From assembly GCA_045590375.1 (NCBI GenBank), contig JAZNQY010000095.1, positions 1 to 54,968 of the forward strand: 54,968 nt of DNA, in the 5' to 3' direction. A model generated the notes under the pieces. It saw only the letters and a list, made by a program, of their open reading frames with translations. It was not told the DNA's origin and did no database searches. The stretch is from Oscillospiraceae bacterium. GTDB taxonomy: Bacteria; Bacillota; Clostridia; Oscillospirales; Ruminococcaceae. Made by a program: the position numbers and the translations under genes. How positions within the stretch are numbered: position 1 is the first letter of the stretch; the number at the start of each line of letters is the position of its first letter. Positions 36,755 through 44,825 of the stretch are shown piece by piece.

Positions 36755-36830
36755 TGGAGCTGATGATGGGACTTGAACCCACGACCTACGCCTTACCAAG
36801 GCGTTGCGCTACCGACTGTGCCACATCAGC
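36755..36830 (-). tRNA. tRNA-Thr (anticodon GGU), CCA encoded
   Basis: I folded the 76-nt sequence GCTGATGTGGCACAGTCGGTAGCGCAACGCCTTGGTAAGGCGTAGGTCGTGGGTTCAAGTCCCATCATCAGCTCCA by hand. It has a 7-bp acceptor stem, anticodon stem ACGCC/GGCGT with loop TTGGTAA, a T-arm GTGGG-TTCAAGT-CCCAT, and one A:C mismatch in the D stem. Confidence 0.9.
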
Positions 36831-36848
36831 AAACAACATCGCCCGATT

Positions 36849-36877
36849 ATTATATCACAAATATCAGGCGATGTCAA
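36849..36877 (-). promoter_or_regulatory. consensus sigma-A promoter of tRNA-Thr
   Basis: Minus strand reads TTGACA (36877..36872), 17 nt, TATAAT (36854..36849). The -35 element lies 8 nt after the secA stop. Confidence 0.7.
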
Positions 36878-36885
36878 TAAATCAC

Positions 36886-39654
36886 TTAGTTTTTCTTCAT
36901 TCCACAGCACTTCTTGTATTTCTTTCCACTGCCACAAGGACAAGGATCGTTATCCCCTACCTTCTTCTTTCTGATAGGAGCTGATGAAGATGAACCGTCT
37001 GCTGTTGAAGGATCGTTTGAAGCTGTGGGCTTTGCAACCTGCTCTCTCTGAGGTGCTACAACTTCATCGCTTTCAGCATTTCTCTGAATTCTTAAAGTAA
37101 TAAGAGTTCTTACTGTGTCTTCACGGATATCGTCAATCATAGCATCGAACATATCAAAACCTTCATAACGATATTCGATAACAGGGTCTTTCTGTGCGAA
37201 TGAACGGAGTCCTATTCCACGCTTGAGTTCTTCCATATTGTCGATATGTGACATCCACTTTGTATCAACAACACGAAGAAGCACAACTCTTTCGACTTCT
37301 CTTGTTGTGTCGTGTCCCCATTCTGCTTCCTTGGCAGAATAAATTCTTTCGGCACGCTTCGTAAGTTCGTCAACAAAGTATGATTTTTCAATCTTTTCAA
37401 ATTCTTCGGGTGTGAAGAAGAAATCTTCGGGAACTGTGAGAACATTTAAGAATCTGTCACGAAGACCATTGACATTCCAGTCGTCTCTCGGAACTTTATC
37501 AAAGATATACTGGTCTACTGCTGTTGCGATATAATCCTTCATCATCTTGATGATATATTCGTGGATATCTTCACCGTTAAGAACCATTCCACGTTCTTTA
37601 TAGATAATTTCACGCTGTGCATTGAGAACGTCGTCGTAACGAAGAACGTTCTTTCTGATAGCAAAGTTTCTGCCTTCGAGGTTTTTCTGTGATGATTCGA
37701 TAATCTTTGTGAGCATTCTGCTTTCAATGGGAAGGTCTTCGTCGATATTCATTCTTTCCATAAGCATATTTACTCTTTCTCCACCGAAAAGACGCATAAG
37801 GTCATCTTCGAGAGAAAGGAAGAACAAGCTTTCGCCGGGGTCACCCTGACGACCTGCACGTCCTCTTAACTGATTGTCGATACGGCGTGATTCGTGACGT
37901 TCTGTTCCGAGAATAAAGAGACCACCGGCTTCTTTAACCTTTATTGCCTTTTCGTCAACTTCTTCCTTATACTTTGCAAAAAGGTCACGATACATCTTTC
38001 TTGCTTCGAGAATTTCTGCATTATCTGTTTCAGCATAGCCTATTGCTTCTGTTATGACACGCTCAGGGATACCGTTTTTACGCATCTGTGCTGTTGCGAG
38101 GTATTCTGCGTTACCACCGAGCATGATGTCGGTTCCTCGACCTGCCATATTAGTAGCGATTGTTACAGCACCGTATTTACCTGCCTGAGCAACGATTTCG
38201 GCTTCCTTTGCATGCTGCTTTGCGTTGAGGACCTCATGCTTGATTCCTGCCTTTGAAAGCATTTTACTGAGAAGCTCTGATTTTTCGATTGAAATTGTTC
38301 CGACAAGAACAGGCTGTCCCTTTGCGTGACATTCCTTTATCTGTTCTATTGCAGCACGGAATTTTGCCATTTCTGTCTTATAAACAACGTCAGAATGGTC
38401 TTTTCTGATAACAGGCTTGTTTGTGGGAATTTCAACAACGTCAAGACGGTAGATTTCCTTGAATTCAGCTTCTTCTGTCATCGCTGTACCTGTCATACCG
38501 GAAAGTTTCGCATAAAGTCTGAAATAGTTCTGGAATGTTACTGTTGCGAGAGTTTTACTTTCTCTTGCAACTCTTACGCCTTCCTTTGCTTCGATAGCCT
38601 GATGAAGACCATCGTTATATCTTCTGCCGTGCATAAGACGGCCTGTAAATTCGTCAACTATGATAACTTCGCCGTTCTGGACAACATAGTCAATATCCTT
38701 CTGCATGATACCTATTGCCTTGAGCGCCTGATTGATATGATGAAGAAGTGTCATATTTGAAGCGTCCATAAGGTTTTCAAGGTTAAACGCTTTTTCTGCT
38801 TTCTTTACACCACGACGGGTAATTGTTGCTGTCTTACCCTTTTCGTCGATGATATAGTCACAGTCGTCGTTAATGGATTCCTGATCTTCCTTTGTATCCA
38901 TTTCAACGATTTTCTTTCCTTCAAGTGTTTTTGCAAATCTGTCAACAACTGTATAAAGCTGTGTTGAAGCTTCGCCTGCACCTGAAATTATGAGAGGTGT
39001 TCTTGCTTCGTCGATAAGGATTGAGTCAACTTCGTCGACGATAACGAAATTATGTTCACGCTGAACTTTCTTCTCCTTATGAGTAACCATGTTATCACGG
39101 AGATAGTCAAAACCGAATTCGTTATTTGTTCCGTAAGTGATATCGCAAGCATATGCTTCACGACGTTCGTCATCGTTGAGTTCGTGTGTGATACAGCCGA
39201 TTGTAAGACCTAAAAATCTGTAAACCTTACCCATTTCTTCGGACTGGTATTTAGCAAGGTAGTCGTTTACTGTTACAACATGAACACCCTTGCCGTCAAG
39301 TGCGTTGAGATATGATGCAAGACAGGCAACGAGAGTTTTACCTTCACCTGTTTTCATTTCGGCAATTCTTCCCTGATGAAGAACGATAGCACCTATTACC
39401 TGAACGGGATAAGGCTTTTTGCCGAGAACACGCCATGCTGCTTCACGGCAGGTTGCGAGTGCTTCGGGGATTATATCATCAGTAGACTCACCGAAAGAAA
39501 GCCTGTCTCTCAGTTTGTTTGTCATATCCTTGAGTTCGGCATCCGACATCTTTGAATATTCTTCTTCGAGGTCGAGAACCTTTTGCTTTATCGGTTCGAT
39601 ACGTTTGAGTTCCTTAACGCTGTAAGAACCGAAAATTTTATCTAACATTGCCAT
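36886..39654 (-). CDS. secA: preprotein translocase ATPase SecA
   Basis: Walker A MKTGEGKT, DEAD-like VDEVDSILIDEARTPLIIS and a C-terminal zinc motif CPCGSGKKYKKCCG. The start is at ATG 39654, 6 nt after GGAGTG. Confidence 0.97.
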   Translation of the reverse strand: MAMLDKIFGSYSVKELKRIEPIKQKVLDLEEEYSKMSDAELKDMTNKLRDRLSFGESTDDIIPEALATCREAAWRVLGKKPYPVQVIGAIVLHQGRIAEMKTGEGKTLVACLASYLNALDGKGVHVVTVNDYLAKYQSEEMGKVYRFLGLTIGCITHELNDDERREAYACDITYGTNNEFGFDYLRDNMVTHKEKKVQREHNFVIVDEVDSILIDEARTPLIISGAGEASTQLYTVVDRFAKTLEGKKIVEMDTKEDQESINDDCDYIIDEKGKTATITRRGVKKAEKAFNLENLMDASNMTLLHHINQALKAIGIMQKDIDYVVQNGEVIIVDEFTGRLMHGRRYNDGLHQAIEAKEGVRVARESKTLATVTFQNYFRLYAKLSGMTGTAMTEEAEFKEIYRLDVVEIPTNKPVIRKDHSDVVYKTEMAKFRAAIEQIKECHAKGQPVLVGTISIEKSELLSKMLSKAGIKHEVLNAKQHAKEAEIVAQAGKYGAVTIATNMAGRGTDIMLGGNAEYLATAQMRKNGIPERVITEAIGYAETDNAEILEARKMYRDLFAKYKEEVDEKAIKVKEAGGLFILGTERHESRRIDNQLRGRAGRQGDPGESLFFLSLEDDLMRLFGGERVNMLMERMNIDEDLPIESRMLTKIIESSQKNLEGRNFAIRKNVLRYDDVLNAQREIIYKERGMVLNGEDIHEYIIKMMKDYIATAVDQYIFDKVPRDDWNVNGLRDRFLNVLTVPEDFFFTPEEFEKIEKSYFVDELTKRAERIYSAKEAEWGHDTTREVERVVLLRVVDTKWMSHIDNMEELKRGIGLRSFAQKDPVIEYRYEGFDMFDAMIDDIREDTVRTLITLRIQRNAESDEVVAPQREQVAKPTASNDPSTADGSSSSAPIRKKKVGDNDPCPCGSGKKYKKCCGMKKN

Positions 39655-39753
39655 TTTTCTCACTCCGCCTTATTTATTTTGATATAAAAACAATCAAGTT
39701 ACATTTTAACATATAATAGTGTCAAAGTCAATAATTTTATGCCAATAAATCTG

Positions 39754-40419
39754 TTAAATCTGCCAATTTATTTCTTCTATGCCGTTAGCCTTCAAAAAAT
39801 CATTCGCTTTTGAGAAGTGACGACATCCGAAAAAGCCGTTATATGCTGAAAGAGGACTCGGATGAGCAGCCTCTAAAATCTTATGAGAAGGGTTTGTTAT
39901 AAGAGTCTTCTTATTTCTTGCGTTTCTTCCCCAGAGAATGAAAACCATGGGTTTTTCACGGTTATTGAGATGAGAAATCACTGTATCGGTAAAAGTTTCC
40001 CAACCTTTTCCCTGATGAGAATTGGCTTGTCCTTCTCTTACTGTAAGAACTGCATTGAGAAGCAGAACGCCATCCTCTGCCCATTTTGTAAGAGTTCCGT
40101 TCTGTGGTTCTGTGAAACCTATGTCATCATGAAGTTCTTTAAAAATATTTTTGAGCGAAGGAGGTTTTTCTATTCCCTCTCTTACAGAAAAGCAGAGTCC
40201 GTGTGCCTGACCTTCGCCATGATATGGGTCCTGTCCGATGATTACTGCCTTTACTTTATCGTAAGGTGTGTATTTAAGGGCATTGAAGATGTCATACATA
40301 TCAGGAAAAATTCTTCTTGTGAAATATTCCTGCTTTAAAAATTCGCGAAGTTTAAGGTAATATTCCTTATCAAATTCCCCTTTGAGAATTTCATCCCAGT
40401 CGTTGCCTATGTTAACCAT
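39754..40419 (-). CDS. ung: uracil-DNA glycosylase (family 1)
   Basis: Contains [16 protein letters not shown] and HPSPLS. The start is at ATG 40419 after GGAAGGAG, and the track N-terminal extension is unsupported. Confidence 0.93.
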   Translation of the reverse strand: MVNIGNDWDEILKGEFDKEYYLKLREFLKQEYFTRRIFPDMYDIFNALKYTPYDKVKAVIIGQDPYHGEGQAHGLCFSVREGIEKPPSLKNIFKELHDDIGFTEPQNGTLTKWAEDGVLLLNAVLTVREGQANSHQGKGWETFTDTVISHLNNREKPMVFILWGRNARNKKTLITNPSHKILEAAHPSPLSAYNGFFGCRHFSKANDFLKANGIEEINWQI

Positions 40420-40554
40420 AGTTAAAAACTCCTTCCGATACAAATAATACACGGATATTATACCATAGAATGACTCAATAATCAAACTAAGAAACGGTAT
40501 AGAAACTGTGATGTGTCAAAACTGTCATAATGTGTGTTTTTTATTTTAAAAAAC

Positions 40555-40583
40555 TTGATATGTTTATAAAAATGTAGTATAAT
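40555..40583 (+). promoter_or_regulatory. sigma-A promoter of the kinase/receiver gene pair
   Basis: TTGATA (40555..40560), 17 nt, TATAAT (40578..40583). Confidence 0.6.
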
Positions 40584-40626
40584 TATCTGAATAGATAAAA
40601 TCAACTCAGAATCGGAGGGATTTGTT

Positions 40627-43230
40627 TTGTATCCTTTTTTAGTATGCTTTCAGCTTATATTGGTTATTGCAGCCGTTGTTACGCTTATAGAAATTATATC
40701 TTCAAATCCGTTGCTTGAAGGGAAATATCTCTTTATTGCACTTTGTGGTGCGATAGTTCATTCAACAGGATATCTTATAGAAATAACATCAAAAAACCTC
40801 AGTTCTGCGATGGTTTCTGTAAAATTCCAGTATTTAGGGCTTTGTTTTGGATTGTTTATGCTTCTGATGTATTCTTTCAAAGCTTGCCGAACAAAACTTC
40901 CCGAAATCATAAAAGGCTTTTTTCTTCTGATAAATACAGTTACCTGTCTGCTTGTTTTTACAACAGATATTCTAAACCACCAGCTTTATTACAAATCATT
41001 TTCTTTTGAAACAGAAGGATTATATCCTCATCTTGTTCTTGTAAAAGGACCTTATTATTACATACATACAACCACTGCACTAATAATGATAATCGTTCTT
41101 GTTATTATGGGAGTTATACGCTTTTCTGCAGCAGCAAAAGCAAATATACAGGATACAAAATTCATAGCTGCGATAATCGGGGTCGGTTCGTTATCTGTAA
41201 TTGTTGTGTTGCTCTACAATACAGGTGCACTTCAGTATTATGACCCTTCTTCGCTTCTTTTTGTTCTTATGTGTATTTTCATAAGATTCAATATCTATGA
41301 CATCGGCGAAAGTGCCATGCAGATTGTAACCGAATCGATAAATCAGAGTATCATTGTTGTCGACAAGAACTATATGTATATCGACTGCAACCCTGAAGCA
41401 AAAAAGGTTTTCCCTGAACTTGAAGAAGGCAATTTTGAAAGAAAGAGAATAGGCTCATACCTTACCGTTCTCGAAGATATATTCGTTACACAAAGCAATC
41501 ACGAATTCAAGATAAGAGATAGATTTTACCGTGCAGATGTATTCCCTGTAACCTCTAAAAACTCTGACAAGATATCAGGTTATGCCGCTTGTATTACAGA
41601 CTGCACACAGAGTCATTTCAATATGAGAGATATTATTGAAATGAAGAACAAGGCAGACAATGCAAACAGAGCAAAGAGTGAATTTCTTGCTAATGTATCA
41701 CATGAAATAAGAACTCCTATGAACTCTATTCTCGGTATGGCAGAACTTGCGCTCAAAGAAGATATGAGCGACAGTGTAAGAGAAAAAATATGTGATATAA
41801 AGGTTGCGGGAGATACGCTTTTAACCCTTATAAATGATATTCTCGACTTTTCAAAAATCGAAGCGAACAAGGTCAGTGTTGAAAATGTCCATTACCATAT
41901 TCCATCGCTTATTATGGACGTTACAAACATAATCGGAGTAAGACTTTCGGAAAAGAAAATCTCATTTGAGGTTGATGTTGAACCTTCTATTCCGAATATC
42001 CTTTCGGGTGACGAAAAGAAGATAAAGCAGATTCTTATAAATCTTCTCGGAAACGCTGTAAAATACACTAAAGAAGGTTCTGTTGCGTTTATTCTCAAAT
42101 GGGAACAGAAAGGCAATATGGCAATACTCAAGGGTGAGGTAAGAGATACGGGCGTCGGCATCAGAGAAAGTGAAATCGGAAACCTTTTCCAGAGTTTCCA
42201 GAGAATTGACTCAAGAAAGAACCGTTCTATCGAAGGTGCAGGGCTTGGTCTTACTATAACAAAGAAATATCTCGAACTTATGAGTGGAACTATCGAAGTA
42301 GAAAGTATTTATGGAAAAGGCTCATCTTTCTTCTTTACAATCCCTCAGCTTATAATCGACAATACTCCTTGTGAATTCGACCTTAACAAGAGAAGAAATG
42401 TTCAGAAGGCATTTGTCAATTCATTCTTTGCACCCGAAGCTAAAATCCTTGTTGTTGACGATAACCAGACAAACCTCAAGATTGCATCGGGATTCCTTAA
42501 AACATATAAGATTGAACCTGACACAGCACTCAGTGGAAAAGAATGTCTTTCTATGATTGAAAAGAAGAAATATGATATTATCTTCCTTGACTATATGATG
42601 CCTGTTCTTGATGGTATCGACACATTACAGCTTATAAGAGCAAAGTCGGAAGAAGATGAATATTTCGCAAACGTTCCCGTTGTTGCACTTACTGCCGATT
42701 CGGTAAATGGTGCTGAAAAGAAATTCATGTCAGTAGGTTTCCAGGGGTATATCTCAAAACCCATTGATGCCGAAAAACTTGAAGATACGCTCGCTATATT
42801 CCTTCCCCCTGAACTCGTTGTAATAAACGATTCTATGGGCGAACAGCCGACAGAAATAACAAATAATCTCGGTCTTTCAATAAAGGATGTGGATATAGAT
42901 GAAGGTATATACAACAGTGGTGGAAATCCCGATGATTATATCGAAATACTCAAGATTTTCCTTGAATTCGGAAACGATAAGATGTCGAAGATAAAGAAGC
43001 ATTTCGATGATAAGAATATCTTTGACTATACAACAGAAGTTCATTCTCTTAAAAGTTCATCGGCAAATATAGGTGCGTCTGAAATTTCTGCACTTGCCAA
43101 GGAACTTGAATTTGCAGGTAAGGATAAAAACATTGACCTTATAGAAGAAAAGACAGAACTTCTTCTCACTATGTATTCTGAACTGCTTGAAAATATAGCG
43201 ATTGCAATAAAAGAATACGACAATCGCTGA
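40627..43230 (+). CDS. hybrid sensor histidine kinase: N-terminal 7TM module, PAS-like region, HisKA, HATPase_c, REC and C-terminal Hpt
   Basis: About 7 hydrophobic helices span aa 1-215. The H-box is FLANVSHEIRTPMN and the N/G boxes are LLGNAVKYT and DTGVGI...GAGLGL. The receiver reads ILVVDDNQTN...IIFLDYMMPVLDG...ISKP. The Hpt region reads EVHSLKSSSANIGA. It has a TTG start 7 nt after GGAGGG. Confidence 0.85.
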   Translation: MYPFLVCFQLILVIAAVVTLIEIISSNPLLEGKYLFIALCGAIVHSTGYLIEITSKNLSSAMVSVKFQYLGLCFGLFMLLMYSFKACRTKLPEIIKGFFLLINTVTCLLVFTTDILNHQLYYKSFSFETEGLYPHLVLVKGPYYYIHTTTALIMIIVLVIMGVIRFSAAAKANIQDTKFIAAIIGVGSLSVIVVLLYNTGALQYYDPSSLLFVLMCIFIRFNIYDIGESAMQIVTESINQSIIVVDKNYMYIDCNPEAKKVFPELEEGNFERKRIGSYLTVLEDIFVTQSNHEFKIRDRFYRADVFPVTSKNSDKISGYAACITDCTQSHFNMRDIIEMKNKADNANRAKSEFLANVSHEIRTPMNSILGMAELALKEDMSDSVREKICDIKVAGDTLLTLINDILDFSKIEANKVSVENVHYHIPSLIMDVTNIIGVRLSEKKISFEVDVEPSIPNILSGDEKKIKQILINLLGNAVKYTKEGSVAFILKWEQKGNMAILKGEVRDTGVGIRESEIGNLFQSFQRIDSRKNRSIEGAGLGLTITKKYLELMSGTIEVESIYGKGSSFFFTIPQLIIDNTPCEFDLNKRRNVQKAFVNSFFAPEAKILVVDDNQTNLKIASGFLKTYKIEPDTALSGKECLSMIEKKKYDIIFLDYMMPVLDGIDTLQLIRAKSEEDEYFANVPVVALTADSVNGAEKKFMSVGFQGYISKPIDAEKLEDTLAIFLPPELVVINDSMGEQPTEITNNLGLSIKDVDIDEGIYNSGGNPDDYIEILKIFLEFGNDKMSKIKKHFDDKNIFDYTTEVHSLKSSSANIGASEISALAKELEFAGKDKNIDLIEEKTELLLTMYSELLENIAIAIKEYDNR

Positions 43231-43250
43231 TTTAACGGAGGTCTTTTAAA

Positions 43251-44357
43251 ATGATTCTTGTTATTGATGATTCTGCAGCTAATTCGATTGTTCTTAAATT
43301 CGGGCTCGGAGAAAGATATCACCTTAAATTCGCAAACTCTCCGAATTTTGCTGTGGATATTCTCACAAGAGAACAGATAAGCGCTATCATTGTAAACGCA
43401 GATATGGAATCTTCATCGGGTATCTATATTTTAAGAAGAATAAAAAATCTTCAATCTGTTTCAAAGATACATACAATAGTAATTGCTGCGAATTTAGGTC
43501 TTGCGAGAGATGAATGCTTCAATATTCCCGAAGTTTCTTTCATGAATCTTTATTCAAGCAAAGAAGATGTTCTTATGGAACTTTCAAAGTATCATCTTCC
43601 TGAAAAAACTCCAGAAGATGCACCCGAAGATGCAGATAAGAAATGCATACTCGTTGTTGACGATGACGAAATTGCACTTCGTACTCTACTTTTCCAGTTA
43701 GGACACGATTATACCGTAATAACAGCTTCGTCAGGTCAGGAAGCGTTTGAAAAAATGGCATCAAGAAAGCCCGATGTTATCCTTCTTGACGTTCGTATGC
43801 CGGGAATGGACGGAATAACATTCTTCAAAAAGATGAAGGCCATTGCCGAATACAGAGAAATTCCGACAATTTTTCAGACAGGTGTTGCTGATGTTGAAAC
43901 TGTATGCGAATGTATAAGCATAGGTTCTGACGGATATGTAATCAAACCTGTTCAGAAAAATATGATTATCGAAAAGATTGAGGAAGTTCTCGGAAAAGAG
44001 CTTTCTAAAAAACATATTCTCATAATCGAGCCCGACAACGAAATATGTAAAATCCTTAAAAATCATCTCGAGGAAGATTTCAAGATAAGCATTGAAAGTT
44101 CGATTTCATTTGCACTCTACTTCCTTGGAAAGCAGGCACCCGACCTTATTCTTCTTGATGATGAAAATCCCTGTTCGGCTTATTATAAAATCAGAGCAAA
44201 GAGCATAAACGCACCTATCATTCTTCTTTCAAGAATGTGTAACAAGAGAACTATTCTTGAAAAATGCATATCGCTCGGTGCGTCGGGGCTTATAAACAAC
44301 CCTTATAACAAGAATGAAATTATGGAGAATATAAAGTTCTCACTTGACATTCCGTAA
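43251..44357 (+). CDS. response-regulator-like protein with three tandem receiver domains and no output domain
   Basis: REC1 reads ILVIDDSAAN...IIVNADMES. REC2 is canonical (ILVVDDDEIA...VILLDVRMPGMDG...YVIKP). REC3 is degenerate (ILIIEPDNE...LILLDDENP...LINNP, where the conserved Lys is replaced). Confidence 0.75.
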   Translation: MILVIDDSAANSIVLKFGLGERYHLKFANSPNFAVDILTREQISAIIVNADMESSSGIYILRRIKNLQSVSKIHTIVIAANLGLARDECFNIPEVSFMNLYSSKEDVLMELSKYHLPEKTPEDAPEDADKKCILVVDDDEIALRTLLFQLGHDYTVITASSGQEAFEKMASRKPDVILLDVRMPGMDGITFFKKMKAIAEYREIPTIFQTGVADVETVCECISIGSDGYVIKPVQKNMIIEKIEEVLGKELSKKHILIIEPDNEICKILKNHLEEDFKISIESSISFALYFLGKQAPDLILLDDENPCSAYYKIRAKSINAPIILLSRMCNKRTILEKCISLGASGLINNPYNKNEIMENIKFSLDIP

Positions 44358-44359
44358 CC

Positions 44360-44389
44360 AAAAAATCCCCTTAATCAAGGGGATTTTTT
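44360..44389. terminator. bidirectional terminator between convergent genes
   Basis: AAAAAATCCCCTT-aatc-AAGGGGATTTTTT. It overlaps the last codons of the minus-strand gene. Confidence 0.75.
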
Positions 44390-44769
44390 ATTTTTGTCAT
44401 TATTCCGATATAGGCCATAGCAGAATATTCTGTTTCGCCCGAAAGTTTTATGAGAGGAATTTCAAACGGCTCGTATTTCTTTCCACTTAAAGATAAAATC
44501 TCCCTCTGAACAGAAACTACTATTTCGTCATCAGAATTACTGCTGTATCCTATGGTATCTTTTGCACCTCCACATGTTATTACATTCACCTTTTCTGATG
44601 AAAGTTTTTTCAGTGCCTCCTTGTCATCCGAAGAAACAATGACATCTGAATTTTCAGGGATTTTTTCTATTATTGAATTATCACCCGAAACACAGACAAC
44701 TATATTTTTATCGGAAAGTCTTTTTAAAAGTGAGGAAATATCATCAGAAGAAAACAGACACACAACCAT
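44371..44769 (-). CDS. hypothetical small alpha/beta protein
   Basis: 132 aa starting at ATG 44769, 5 nt after GGGTGG. It shows an alternating beta-strand/helix pattern (MVVCLFS, NIVVCVSG, DVIVSSDD, VNVITCGG). I recognised no family. Confidence 0.45.
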   Translation of the reverse strand: MVVCLFSSDDISSLLKRLSDKNIVVCVSGDNSIIEKIPENSDVIVSSDDKEALKKLSSEKVNVITCGGAKDTIGYSSNSDDEIVVSVQREILSLSGKKYEPFEIPLIKLSGETEYSAMAYIGIMTKIKNPLD

Positions 44770-44825
44770 AAAAACCACCCTGCATACTTTTACTTTTTAA
44801 GTAATGTGTGCAGAGTGGTATTTTT

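Noticed and set aside
36712-36984. 90-aa + strand ORF spanning the tRNA-Thr gene and the secA 3' end
   Set aside because: It reads straight through a well-folding tRNA gene and its promoter on the opposite strand, so it is not a plausible gene.
37894-40338. Antisense ORFs inside secA (37894..38256, 38326..38760) and ung (39883..40338)
   Set aside because: These are Cys/Phe-rich nonsense-like translations fully contained in strongly supported genes on the other strand.
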